Assembly (NCBI GenBank): GCA_036012755.1
Contig: DASCPX010000160.1
Span: 65,657-129,656, forward strand
Source of the DNA: Myxococcota bacterium
GTDB lineage: Bacteria > Myxococcota_A > UBA796 > CAJQPC01
Reading direction: 5' to 3'
DNA length: 64,000 nt
Shown here: positions 20,994 through 30,767 of the stretch, in pieces
Layout: each line of letters begins with the position of its first letter
Numbering within the stretch: the stretch's first letter is position 1
Made by a program: the position numbers and the translations under genes
The notes under the pieces: generated by a model
Database searches by the model: none
What the model was told of the DNA's origin: nothing
The model's input: only the letters and a program-made list of their open reading frames with translations

Positions 20994-21809
20994 ACGGCTC
21001 CACCGGGTCGGCTCGTCGGCCGGGGGCACGGGGAACTCGCCGTCGCGGGTCTCCGCCCAGCTCACACGCAGCTCCTGCAACGCCCGGTCCCAGCGGGCCA
21101 GCATCGGCGGGATCGCGAAGGGCACGGCGAGCGCTCCGACATCCTCGACCGAGGCCTCGAGCTCCCCGCGGAGGTCGATCGGCTCCAGCGTGTACACACC
21201 CAGCGCCGGGCCGTGCTTGTCGAGGTGGACGCAGATGATGGCCTCGACGTGACGAAGCACCTCGATGAGCCCGATGGGCTGGAAGCGCCGAACCGGGTAG
21301 CCCGAGGCGTCGCCCATGCCGCTGAGGAGGAACAGCGCCTCCTCGAGCTCCTCGGACAGGGGCAGCTCGGCGCCGACGAGGAGGCCATCGAGCGTATCGT
21401 CCACGAGCAGCTCACCGAGCCGGTCCGGCTCCGCGACGGGCAGGCGGAAGCGCTGGCAGGGCTCGAACCAGGCACCGCCGCGGCGGGGCGCCCGGAACTG
21501 CTGCTCGTCGTCCTCGCCGACCTCGTGCGGGACGCGGGCGAGCTCGCCCTCTTCTCGGAAGCCGATCAGCGGCTTGCCCGGGAACAGCGACATCACCAGC
21601 GTGCCGACGTCGATTCCGGCGCAGTTGACGCCTCGGTGGGCATCCCGGGCGCTGTCGTCGGTGAAGGCAGCTCCGGAGACGACGACCCGGTGGATCCGAG
21701 GCAGCTCGCCTTCTTCCCAGCCCTGGATCCAACGCTCACGCCCGCGACAGAGGCGTCCGGGGCGTGAGGGGTCGAAGTGGCCGTGGCTGTAGCCGAGCGC
21801 TCGCACCAT
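20955..21809 (-). CDS. Hypothetical protein
   Basis: Long open frame with natural composition, divergent from metG; no family recognised. Confidence 0.6.
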   Translation of the reverse strand: MVRALGYSHGHFDPSRPGRLCRGRERWIQGWEEGELPRIHRVVVSGAAFTDDSARDAHRGVNCAGIDVGTLVMSLFPGKPLIGFREEGELARVPHEVGEDDEQQFRAPRRGGAWFEPCQRFRLPVAEPDRLGELLVDDTLDGLLVGAELPLSEELEEALFLLSGMGDASGYPVRRFQPIGLIEVLRHVEAIICVHLDKHGPALGVYTLEPIDLRGELEASVEDVGALAVPFAIPPMLARWDRALQELRVSWAETRDGEFPVPPADEPTRWSRLGRRVARQQAEE

Positions 21810-21904
21810 GCGGCGGCGACTATCGCGGCCTGAGCGGCTTGCCCACAGGTGTTGCCCGCACACCGGCAGGCGACTAGGTGAGGCGACCCTTCTGGGAGGC
21901 CCCG

Positions 21905-23884
21905 ATGGCCGACACCTTCTACATCACGACGCCGCTGTACTACGTCAACGATGCCCCTCACATCGGCCACATGTACACGACGGTCGCGGCCGACGTGATC
22001 TCGCGGTGGCGCCGGCTCAAGGGCCACGACGTCCACTTCCTCACCGGCACGGACGAACACGGTCAGAAGGTGCTCCGCGCCGCAGAGGCCCGGGGGCTCA
22101 CGGCCCAGGCCCACGTCGACGAGCTCGTGCAGCGCTTCGTGGCCCTCTGGGACCGCCTCGACATCACCTGCGACGACTTCATTCGGACCACCGAAGAGCG
22201 CCACGTGGGCGTCGTGCAGCAAGTGCTCACGGAGCTCTACGAGCGAGGCGACATCTACAAGGAGTCCTACTCCGGCTGGTACTCGACCTCGGAGGAGCGC
22301 TTCTGGACGGAGAAGGACGTCGTCGAGGGGGAGGACGGCACGAAGCTCTGCCCGGCGTCGATGAAGCCTGTCGAGTGGATCGAGGAGGAGAACTACTTCT
22401 TCAAGATGAGCGACTACGCGGACCAGCTCCGCGCCCACCTCGAAGCGAACCCCGACTGGGTCCGCCCACAGGCCCGCCGGAACGAGCTCATCGGCGCCCT
22501 GAAGAAGGAGGTCGGCGATCTCTGCGTCACGCGCCCCAAGACCCGGCTGCCCTGGGGCATCGAGGTGCCCTTCGACAACGACTACGTGACCTATGTCTGG
22601 TTCGACGCCCTGCTCAACTACGTCTCGGCGGTGGGCTTGAAGTCGGATCCGGATGAGCTCTCCAAGCGCTGGCCCGCCGACTACCAGCTGCTCGGCAAGG
22701 ACATCCTCACGACTCACACGATCTACTGGGGGTGCATGCTCTTCGCCATGGGTCTCGAGCCCGCGAAGTGCCTCTACGCCCACGGCTGGTGGACAGTCGA
22801 GGGCCGCAAGATGGGCAAGTCCCTCGGCAACGTCGTCGATCCCCACCTGTTGATCGACGCATACGGCAGCGACAGCGTGCGCTACGTGCTGATGGGCGAG
22901 AAGTCCTTTGGCGGTGACGGTGACTTCAGCCACAGGAGCTTCCAGCTTCGCTACAACGCGGATCTCGCCGACAAGATCGGAAACCTCGCCCACCGCGCGC
23001 TCTCGATGACGCAGAAGTGGCTGGGCGGTCGGGTCCCGGCCCTCGACGCGAACCGAGCCGAGGACGACACCCTCCAGGCCGAGGTCTCCGCGGCCGTGGC
23101 CGACTTCGACGCCGCCGTGGAGGCAGTGCAGTACAAGGTCGCGCTGGAGGCTCTAGTGCGCATCGCGCGCGCGGGGAATGAGTACGTGCAGGCCCAGGAG
23201 CCATGGGCGCTGAACCGGAAGGGGGAGACCGAGCGTCTCGCCGGCGTGATGCGCCGGACCCTGGAGCTCTGCAGGATCACGGGCACGCTCCTGGCGCCTT
23301 TCTGCCCGCGAAAGTCCAGTGAACTGCTGGCCCGTCTCGGGGTCGAGGAGCCCGGCCTGGCCGGTCTCGAGCGCCTCGACGGTCTCGTCGAGGGCACCGA
23401 ACTGACCCACGGGGAGCCGCTGTTTCCGCGGATGCAGGAACTCCCCGAGACCATCGCCGCCGCCCTCTCGGCCGTGGAGGGCGAGACCAGGACGAAGACG
23501 GCGCCGAAGAAGCCGAAGAAGCCGAAGAAGCCGAAGAAGCCGAAGAAGGAGCAGTACGACATGATCGAGTTCGACGACTTCACGAAGGTCCAGCTTCGGA
23601 CTGGACGGGTGGTCTCCGCCGAAGGACACCCCAACGCCGACCGCCTGCTGCTCCTGAAGGTCGACGTGGGCGAAGGCGAGCCCCGGACCGTCGTCGCCGG
23701 GATCGCCCAGCGCTACGCACCCGACGACCTGGTCGGCAAGGACGTCGTGGTCGTGGTGAACCTGAAGCCGGCCAAGCTCCGGGGCATCCTCAGCGAGGGC
23801 ATGTTGCTCGCCGCCGGGGGTGGCACGGTTGTTGCGCTCGCGACCACCTCCGAGCCCGTTGATCCCGGCACCGTGGTGCGGTAA
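21905..23884 (+). CDS. metG: Methionine--tRNA ligase with a C-terminal tRNA-binding domain
   Basis: YITTPLYYVN, HIGH, TGTDEHG, YVWFDAL, KMGKS; C-terminal OB-fold NLKPAKLRGILSEGM. Confidence 0.97.
   Translation: MADTFYITTPLYYVNDAPHIGHMYTTVAADVISRWRRLKGHDVHFLTGTDEHGQKVLRAAEARGLTAQAHVDELVQRFVALWDRLDITCDDFIRTTEERHVGVVQQVLTELYERGDIYKESYSGWYSTSEERFWTEKDVVEGEDGTKLCPASMKPVEWIEEENYFFKMSDYADQLRAHLEANPDWVRPQARRNELIGALKKEVGDLCVTRPKTRLPWGIEVPFDNDYVTYVWFDALLNYVSAVGLKSDPDELSKRWPADYQLLGKDILTTHTIYWGCMLFAMGLEPAKCLYAHGWWTVEGRKMGKSLGNVVDPHLLIDAYGSDSVRYVLMGEKSFGGDGDFSHRSFQLRYNADLADKIGNLAHRALSMTQKWLGGRVPALDANRAEDDTLQAEVSAAVADFDAAVEAVQYKVALEALVRIARAGNEYVQAQEPWALNRKGETERLAGVMRRTLELCRITGTLLAPFCPRKSSELLARLGVEEPGLAGLERLDGLVEGTELTHGEPLFPRMQELPETIAAALSAVEGETRTKTAPKKPKKPKKPKKPKKEQYDMIEFDDFTKVQLRTGRVVSAEGHPNADRLLLLKVDVGEGEPRTVVAGIAQRYAPDDLVGKDVVVVVNLKPAKLRGILSEGMLLAAGGGTVVALATTSEPVDPGTVVR
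23504..23548 (+). repeat. Perfect 9-bp tandem repeat (CCGAAGAAG)x5 encoding PKK x5 in the MetG linker
   Basis: Read directly from the sequence. Confidence 0.9.
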
Positions 23885-23905
23885 ACCCGCAGCCCTGCGG
23901 GTTTT
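23883..23905 (+). terminator. Intrinsic terminator after metG
   Basis: AAACCCGCAG-CC-CTGCGGGTTT hairpin ending in a short T run. Confidence 0.7.
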
Positions 23906-23997
23906 CGGACTATTCGGAAAACTTGTCACACCCCTGGGATCACCGACGTATAGTTTGGCGACCTCAGGCCACCACCGGGATTTTCGGGAGAGACCTC

Positions 23998-25677
23998 ATG
24001 CACGCACCAATCCTGCTCCTCGCCGGCTTCGGCAGCCTCACGGGCTGTACCGACTACGAGCTGGTCACCGACCCCGGTAACTTCCAGGGCATCGATGACG
24101 ACCGCGTGCCGGACATCGCCACGGATCCGACCGAGTACGACTTCGGTGCGCTGCAGGTCGGCGACCGCGAGTCTGCCACGATCGACGTGCGCGTCCTCAA
24201 CAACGGCGACGCCGACCTCAGGATCACCGAGATCCGCCTGAGCGACGCGGAGGCCCCCTACGACCTGGGCCCGGTCGACTCCGTCCTCATCCCCGCGGGC
24301 ATGGCCACCCAGTTCACCGTGACCTTCACTCCCGCCACGGCTGAGGACTACGAAGCCAGCATCCTCATCGACAGCAACGACCCGGACACGCCCACCGCAG
24401 AGGTCCGCCTGCTCGGCCAGGGCATCGCTCCGATCATCGACGTCGACCCCGCCGAGTACGACTACGGCACGATGTACATCGGCTGCACGAGCTGGCTCCC
24501 GATCACCATCGCCAACGTCGGCAACGACAACCTGATCATCGACGAGTTCCAGTACTCGACCGGCTCCACCGACTTCGTGTTCGACCCGATCGGAAACCAG
24601 CTGCCAGAGGATCTCCAGCCCGACGTCTTCAACGGCGACATCACCGAAGAGGCCTGGTCACTGAGCCCCAACACCTCTGTCGAGGTCTGGGTCGACTACG
24701 CCCCCCTCGATGAGTACCAGGACATCGCCTACCTGCAGATCTACAGCAACGACCCGGCCGCGCCGATGGCTCGGGCGACGCAGAACGGCAACGGCGCCCT
24801 CGCCGGAGAGAACACGGACGTCTTCGAGCAGCCCATCAACGGCGCCACGGACATCATGTTCGCGGTCGACTGGTCCTGCTCCATGTGGGACGACGTCTCG
24901 AACGTCGATTCCAACTTCGACATCTTCGTCACCACGCTGGCCTCGATGGACGCCGACTATCACGTGTCCGTCGTGACAGAGGACGATGGCTGCATCAACT
25001 ACCCCGCCGGCACCCAGCCCTACATCGACAACACCATGTCGCTGTCGGACCAGGAGGACGTGTTCGGGACGATGCTCTGCGAGAGCTACAGCGGCGTCTA
25101 CTGCAACAGCTACGGAAGCAACACCGAGCGCGGCTTCATGCTGCTGGAGGCGGGCCTGAAGACCGCCAACATCCAGACCGGTGGCTGCAACGAGGGCTTC
25201 TACCGCGAGAACGCAACGCTCTCGCTGGTCGGCGTCTCCGACGAGCCCGAGCAGAGCGTCAACCCGTACACCTACTACGTCTCGCTGTTCCAGAGCATGA
25301 AGGACGACACCGACGACGTGGTCATGCACGCCATCGGCGGTGACTACCCGACCGGCTGCGGCACGAACCAGGCCTACACCGGCTTCTACGAGGCCACCGT
25401 GGCATCCGGCGGTGTCTTCCTCAGCATCTGCGCCACCGACTTCGGCTCCCACCTCGAGACCCTCGCAGAGGGCTCCGCCGCGGACCTCACGAGCTTCGAG
25501 CTGACCGACATCCCGGTGCCGGACACCATCGAGGTCACGGTCAACGGCATCCCGACGACCGTGGGCTGGTCCTACAACAACGCTGACAACAGCATCGACT
25601 TCGAAGAGTCCTACGTGCCGGAGGGTGGCTCCACCGTCCAGGTCTACTACGCCCTCTTCGGCGACTGCGACGGCTGA
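23998..25677 (+). CDS. Surface lipoprotein with two Ig-like (choice-of-anchor D/ASH-type) domains, a vWA domain and a C-terminal beta domain
   Basis: SLTGC lipobox; repeated xNxG..L.I and SNDP motifs; MIDAS-like DIMFAVDWSCSM and VSDEPEQ. Confidence 0.75.
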   Translation: MHAPILLLAGFGSLTGCTDYELVTDPGNFQGIDDDRVPDIATDPTEYDFGALQVGDRESATIDVRVLNNGDADLRITEIRLSDAEAPYDLGPVDSVLIPAGMATQFTVTFTPATAEDYEASILIDSNDPDTPTAEVRLLGQGIAPIIDVDPAEYDYGTMYIGCTSWLPITIANVGNDNLIIDEFQYSTGSTDFVFDPIGNQLPEDLQPDVFNGDITEEAWSLSPNTSVEVWVDYAPLDEYQDIAYLQIYSNDPAAPMARATQNGNGALAGENTDVFEQPINGATDIMFAVDWSCSMWDDVSNVDSNFDIFVTTLASMDADYHVSVVTEDDGCINYPAGTQPYIDNTMSLSDQEDVFGTMLCESYSGVYCNSYGSNTERGFMLLEAGLKTANIQTGGCNEGFYRENATLSLVGVSDEPEQSVNPYTYYVSLFQSMKDDTDDVVMHAIGGDYPTGCGTNQAYTGFYEATVASGGVFLSICATDFGSHLETLAEGSAADLTSFELTDIPVPDTIEVTVNGIPTTVGWSYNNADNSIDFEESYVPEGGSTVQVYYALFGDCDG

Positions 25678-25695
25678 TGCTCACGCGGTGAGTAC

Positions 25696-25726
25696 GGCGG
25701 CCGGCTCCTTCGGGATGCCGGCCGTC
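25696..25726 (+). terminator. Stable hairpin with a TTCG loop between paralogous surface-protein genes
   Basis: GGCGGCCGGC-TCC-TTCG-GGA-T-GCCGGCCGTC; weak U tail. Confidence 0.5.
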
Positions 25727-25764
25727 CTGTTCCTTGTGCATACTCACACTCGGAGGAAACGCCG

Positions 25765-26757
25765 ATGCTCTGGGGCCTGATCCTGTCATGCCTGTTCTGC
25801 AGCGACAACAACACCCCGCAATGGGACACAGGCGGGTGGTGGGACTCCGGGGACTGGTGGAGTGACTCCAGCGACGACTGCTACCCGTGGATCTCCATCC
25901 GCTACGAGGACGAGCCAGTCGAAACGCTGGACTTCGGCACGGTCGGCGCGGCGGAGCCCGTCACGGTGGCCCTCACGATCCTGAACAAGGGCGACTGCGA
26001 CCTCGAGATCGACGACGCCCAGACCACGGACGCGGACGCGCCCTTCAGCGTTGGCGCCCTGGACTGGCCGATCATCGCCCCGGACGAGGAGGCCGAGCTG
26101 GAGGTCACGTTCTCCCCCACAGAGGCAGGGAGCTTCGCGACGACCATCGAGGTGACCAGCAACGATCCCTTCGAGGACCTCTACAGCATCGAGCTGGTGG
26201 GCGAGCTCACCAGCGGTGGCCTGGAGATCTCTCCCCAGCTCATCGACTTCGGGTCGATCGAGGTGGGCTGCGAGGTCGAAGAGACGGCGACGGCCTCCAA
26301 CGTAGGCAGCGGCCCCGTCACCATCGAGTCCATCGAGATCTCCTCCGGGAGCGACGAGATCACCTTCGCAACCGACACGCTCCCGGCGACCCTCGAGAGC
26401 GGCGAGAGCCTCGACCTGCGCGTCGCCTACGCACCAGTCGACGAGTTCGACGACCAGGCCTACCTGACCGTCACCTCGACCGACCCGTCGAACCCCGTGC
26501 TCCTCGTCACCATCGACGCCGCCGGGGTCTTCACCGCAGAGTTCGAGGACAGCTTCGAGCAGGAGGGCTCGCGGCGGGTCTACATCCTCACCGAGGTCGC
26601 GGTCGAGAGCACCATCGAGGTGCGCGTCTCCGGCGTGACGGCGTCCGGTTGGAGCTTCGACAACTCCGCGAACGCCGTGGTCTTCGACGAGGGCAACGTG
26701 CCCACCGAGGGCTCGGTCATAGAGATCAGCTACGCGCGCCAGCCTGTCTGCGAGTAA
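25765..26757 (+). CDS. Paralogue of the upstream surface protein lacking the vWA domain
   Basis: GGAGG RBS; same Ig-like repeats (SNDP, GC, YAPVDE..DQAYL) and same C-terminal domain (TIEVRV.G...GWSF...N...F....P.EGS). Confidence 0.75.
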   Translation: MLWGLILSCLFCSDNNTPQWDTGGWWDSGDWWSDSSDDCYPWISIRYEDEPVETLDFGTVGAAEPVTVALTILNKGDCDLEIDDAQTTDADAPFSVGALDWPIIAPDEEAELEVTFSPTEAGSFATTIEVTSNDPFEDLYSIELVGELTSGGLEISPQLIDFGSIEVGCEVEETATASNVGSGPVTIESIEISSGSDEITFATDTLPATLESGESLDLRVAYAPVDEFDDQAYLTVTSTDPSNPVLLVTIDAAGVFTAEFEDSFEQEGSRRVYILTEVAVESTIEVRVSGVTASGWSFDNSANAVVFDEGNVPTEGSVIEISYARQPVCE

Positions 26758-26824
26758 GGCGTAATCCGAGGCGTCACAGACCCCCCTGTCGGGCACGTAA
26801 GCCTTAGCGGGCGGAGGTCACTTC

Positions 26825-27457
26825 ATGCTGCTGTTCATCGCATCTGCTTGTCTGTCCGAAGGAACCGTCGGTGTCGATCTGACCGCGCCGCTCCCAGCCG
26901 TCGACGAGGTCCCCACGATCCACCTGTCGGCCTCGGAGCTGGACTTCGACGCCACCCGACCCGGCGAGCCCCAGGAGTCCGTCGTCGCCACGCTGAGCTT
27001 CGATCCCACGACCGCGTTGGACTACGAAGACACCCTGTCGGTGAGCTCGAACGACCCGGACACCCCAGTCGCCACCACGACCTTGTTCGGCCTGGGCATC
27101 GCCCCGGTCCTGGAGTTGTTGCCCAGCGAGATCGAGGTCGGGCTGGTGCCCGTCGGCTGCAACTACGAGGTCGACTTCTTCCTCTCGAACGCAGGCAACG
27201 AGGACCTCGTCGTCGAGGACTACGCCTTCGCGGCGGACTCCATGGAGGTGGTGGACACCCCCACCCTGCCTTGGGAGCTCGACGTCGGCGAGGACATGCA
27301 GCTCACGGTGGTCTATACGCCGACGCAGGCTGTGTTCGAGGAGGGAAAGCTCACGCTGGTGAGCAACGACCCGCTCGGCGATGGAACGAATGGCTGCGGG
27401 CGACCTTGCCCACCGGCTGCCCGACGAGGGTCCCACCGAGCTCCGGCAAGCGGCTAG
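26825..27457 (+). pseudogene. Third, internally deleted and truncated paralogue of the Ig-like surface protein
   Basis: SSNDPDTP...GLGIAP...VGC matches paralogue 1; first Ig domain about 40 aa shorter; similarity ends at VSNDPLG near 27380. Confidence 0.6.
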
Positions 27458-27743
27458 CGCCTTCAACACGATGGCAGACCGCGTCGACACGATGCTCCGC
27501 AACGAGCGGGAGCTCATGGCCGGAATCTCCCACGAGCTGCGCACACCGCTGACCCGTCTCCAGCTCGAGCTGGCCTTGTTGGAGGACCGGGCTCCAGAGC
27601 GAGTCGAGTCGATGCGGGGGGACGCCAGCCGGGACCGCAAGACCGGCGGGAGCGGGCTGGGCCTGATGATCGTGCGGCAGGTGGTGGAGCTCCACGGCGG
27701 AGAGGTGCGCGCGGAGAACCGCGCCGAGGGGGCCTGCGCGTGA
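27381..27743 (+). pseudogene. Sensor histidine kinase remnant (HAMP - HisKA - C-terminal half of HATPase)
   Basis: GDLAHRLP...ELRQAASAFNTM (HAMP); ISHELRTPL (H-box); GGSGLGLMIV...HGG (G2 box); N and G1 boxes and sensor/TM region absent. Confidence 0.8.
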
Positions 27744-27772
27744 CCTTGGACTTCACGGGTTAGATTCGCTCC

Positions 27773-29554
27773 TTGCCGCGAGGAGCGTCGTTGAGCTGGT
27801 ACTACACCCGTGAGCCGGGCGCCGAGGGCAGCATCCTCACGGACGAGGGCGATGCACCTGGCGTGCTGCTGTCGGAGCTCCTCACGAGCGGACGCCCGCC
27901 GCTGAAGGCCAGCCTGGAGATCGCCTCCGCTGTCGCGGACATCCTCACCATCGCGGAGGAGGACGAGGGTTGCCACGGCGACATCAAGGCCGGCTTCGTG
28001 CGCGTGGACGCCAGCGGTGGGGTCTCCCTCGAAGGCTACGGGCAGGTGAGGCGGACCTCTCGAGCGCCCGAAGGCCGACCGGAGGGTGTGAAGACGGACG
28101 TCTACGGTCTCGGAGTCGTGCTGCACTCGCTGATGAGCGACGAGACGCTCGGCCGCATGCCGAAGGACCCGGACGACCACGACGACGCCGTCGTGAGCCG
28201 CGTGCTCTCGATGGACTTCAGCGAGGTTTCCGGTCGTCGTTGGCTGGAGGACGTCCGGCGCTTCCTCTGCCAGATCCTGGCCTACGACCTGGAGGAGCGA
28301 CCGGACGCACTCGACACCGCGAACGTGCTGGCCACCGTCGCTGACCAGTGCCCCGGCAGCGGGCTGGCCCAGTGGGCGCCCAGGGCGGTTCGGCGCGCCG
28401 GCGGTGAAGCCGCGCCGAGCAGGGCCCCGGTCGAGGAGACCCTCCGCGGCCCATCGGACATCCGCTCTCCCCTCCCTCGTGGCAAGACCGGGCAGTTCAA
28501 GCCGGTCCACCGCCAGGCCCCCTCGTCCAAGGGCGAGTCGACACAGATGTGGAGCCGCGACCGCATCGCCGCGATGCTCCAGGACGAGGACGACGACTGG
28601 GACGAGGAGCTCGACGCGCCCAGGCAACTCTCCGACCAGTGGCAGGCCGAAGAGCTCGAGCCACCGACGCCAGTGGCTGGCGACTTTGCTCCGCCCCCGC
28701 GTCAACAACCGCCGCGTCAACAACCGCCGCGTCAACAACCGCCGCGTCAGCAACCGGCTCCCCCCGCACCGGCTCCCCCGGCACCGGCTCCCCCGGCAGG
28801 ATCTCCTCCCGTCGCGCAGGGGCCCGTCATCCAGGGACCGGTCGCAGAGGGACCGACCCCACCAGCGCCGCCCCCGGCCAAGGAGGGCAGCTCGATGAAG
28901 CTCGTGGTGCTCGGGATCGGCTGCCTGGCCTTCGCCTGCCTCGGGCTCGCGGGCGCTTCGGCCATCGCCTGGATGATGAGCAACGAAACCGTCAACGCCT
29001 CCCTGTTCGAGCCGGAGGAGATCCAGGACATCGAGCCGTCACTGGCGGACCTCGAGGATCTCGAGGACGTCCAGCCGCGCGAGCGCATCGACTCGGACGA
29101 GCCTGACCCCGCCGAGTTCAACTCGCCGCCAGAAGCCGAGGCCCCGACGAAGACGACGACGAAGACAACGACCACGGCGAAGACCACGGCGAAGCCCTCG
29201 ACGAAGACGACGACGACCTCGAAGCCGGCGTCCACGACCTCGTCCACCACGAAGTCCTCGCAGACGACATCCACGAAGTCCTCGACGGAGTCCACCCAGA
29301 CGGCCGAGCCGGACGCCGTCCCCCCGGGGACGCCATACGAGGCCAAGATCAGCCTCTCGGCGACCGAAAAGGCCGAGATGCGGTGTGGTGACGGCCAGGT
29401 CCAGAAGTTCGCCGGCGCCGTCCGGCTGAAGTTCGTGGGAGAGGTCAACTGCGTGATCTCGCTGGGCAGCTCCCGAGGCGTCGTCACCGTGACAGGGCCT
29501 GGCCAGTACATCTGCGGCGACAACGGCAGCGTGATCAGCTGCAGCTCCCCATGA
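27773..29554 (+). CDS. Membrane-anchored Ser/Thr pseudokinase with Pro/Thr-rich linkers and a C-terminal four-Cys domain
   Basis: HGDIKAGF, APE and DVYGLG retained; N-lobe and DFG absent; TM LVVLGIGCLAFACLGLAGASAIAW; start codon uncertain. Confidence 0.7.
   Translation: MPRGASLSWYYTREPGAEGSILTDEGDAPGVLLSELLTSGRPPLKASLEIASAVADILTIAEEDEGCHGDIKAGFVRVDASGGVSLEGYGQVRRTSRAPEGRPEGVKTDVYGLGVVLHSLMSDETLGRMPKDPDDHDDAVVSRVLSMDFSEVSGRRWLEDVRRFLCQILAYDLEERPDALDTANVLATVADQCPGSGLAQWAPRAVRRAGGEAAPSRAPVEETLRGPSDIRSPLPRGKTGQFKPVHRQAPSSKGESTQMWSRDRIAAMLQDEDDDWDEELDAPRQLSDQWQAEELEPPTPVAGDFAPPPRQQPPRQQPPRQQPPRQQPAPPAPAPPAPAPPAGSPPVAQGPVIQGPVAEGPTPPAPPPAKEGSSMKLVVLGIGCLAFACLGLAGASAIAWMMSNETVNASLFEPEEIQDIEPSLADLEDLEDVQPRERIDSDEPDPAEFNSPPEAEAPTKTTTKTTTTAKTTAKPSTKTTTTSKPASTTSSTTKSSQTTSTKSSTESTQTAEPDAVPPGTPYEAKISLSATEKAEMRCGDGQVQKFAGAVRLKFVGEVNCVISLGSSRGVVTVTGPGQYICGDNGSVISCSSP
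28697..28756 (+). repeat. 15-bp tandem repeat (CCGCGTCAACAACCG)x4 encoding PRQQP
   Basis: Three perfect copies and one variant copy. Confidence 0.85.
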
Positions 29555-29991
29555 GAGCAGTGGTGCAGCGGGTCAGCTCCGCTTCGGTAGAGGTGGACGG
29601 CGTTCCAGTCGGGCGGTGTGGCCGCGGCCTCCTCGTGCTCCTGGCGGTCGCCCCCCCGGACGGCGAGGCCCAGGCGCTCTGGATGGCGCGCAAGCTCGCC
29701 GGACTACGCATCTTCCCCGACGACGGCGGCAGGATGAACAACAGCGTGATCGAGCTCGGCGGCGAGGCCCTCGTGGTCTCGCAGTTCACGCTCTACGGGA
29801 ACTGCAGGAAGGGGCGACGCCCCAGCTTCATCGCCTCTGCCGGACCCGATCACGCCAAGCCGCTGTACGAGCGCTTCTGCGCGCTGCTTGCCGAAGAGGG
29901 CGTCCCCACCGCGCGAGGCATCTTCGCCGCCGACATGAAGGTCTCCCTGGTGAACGACGGCCCGGTCACGCTGGTCATCGACACGCCGTGA
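29551..29991 (+). CDS. dtd: D-aminoacyl-tRNA deacylase
   Basis: MRAVVQRV, SQFTL, KGRRPSF, NDGPVT. Confidence 0.97.
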   Translation: MRAVVQRVSSASVEVDGVPVGRCGRGLLVLLAVAPPDGEAQALWMARKLAGLRIFPDDGGRMNNSVIELGGEALVVSQFTLYGNCRKGRRPSFIASAGPDHAKPLYERFCALLAEEGVPTARGIFAADMKVSLVNDGPVTLVIDTP

Positions 29992-30743
29992 TCGACCTCG
30001 CCACCGAAGCGGCCCGCCGCGCCTGCCGAATCATGAGCGATCGCCCCACCCTGGAAGTTCGGCACAAGGGCGTGGTGGACCTCGTGACCCAGGTCGACCT
30101 CGCCTGCGAGGAGGCAATCCGCTCGGTCCTGGAGCCCAGCGGCATCCCCATCCTGGCGGAGGAGGGCGGAGGCTCGCGATCCGACACGCGCTGGATCGTC
30201 GATCCCCTGGACGGCACGACCAACTTCGTCCACGGCTTCCCGAGCTACTGCGTGTCGATAGCGCTCCAGGACCAGGGGGAGCTCGTGCTCGGCGTGATCG
30301 GCGACCCCGTGCACGATCGCCTGTTCACCGCCCGAGCCGGACAGGGAGCCTTCTGCAATGGCGAGCGGATCCGCGTCTCGGAGCGGGACGCGCTGGCCGA
30401 GAGCCTGGTCGCCAGCGGCTTCGCATACGACCGGCGGGAGCGCGCCGCCGACTATCTGCGCTTCGTACGAGCCCTGCTCGAGACCGCCCGGGGCTTCCGG
30501 CGCGCCGGGGCAGCCGCGATGGACCTCGCGATGGTCGCCACCGGTCAGCTGGACGGATTCTGGGAGTTCAAGCTCAACGCCTGGGACGTTGCCGCCGGGA
30601 CCTTGCTCGTGCGCGAAGCCGGCGGATGCGTGACCGACATGGCCGGTGGTGAGCTGGACCTCGATGCCCCACGCATCCTCGCCACCAACGGTCGGATCCA
30701 TGCCGCTATGACACAGGTGATCGAGCCCCTGTTACCCTTGTAG
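29988..30743 (+). CDS. suhB: Inositol monophosphatase family protein (SuhB-like)
   Basis: DLVTQVD, AEE, WIVDPLDGTTNFVHG, WDVAAG; GTG overlaps the dtd stop. Confidence 0.85.
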   Translation: MIDLATEAARRACRIMSDRPTLEVRHKGVVDLVTQVDLACEEAIRSVLEPSGIPILAEEGGGSRSDTRWIVDPLDGTTNFVHGFPSYCVSIALQDQGELVLGVIGDPVHDRLFTARAGQGAFCNGERIRVSERDALAESLVASGFAYDRRERAADYLRFVRALLETARGFRRAGAAAMDLAMVATGQLDGFWEFKLNAWDVAAGTLLVREAGGCVTDMAGGELDLDAPRILATNGRIHAAMTQVIEPLLPL

Positions 30744-30767
30744 CGCCTGCCAGAGGAAGCGGACCCC

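Noticed and set aside
23923..23954. TTGTCA...TATAGT as a sigma70 promoter for the surface lipoprotein
   Set aside because: The spacer is 20 nt, too long to call with confidence.
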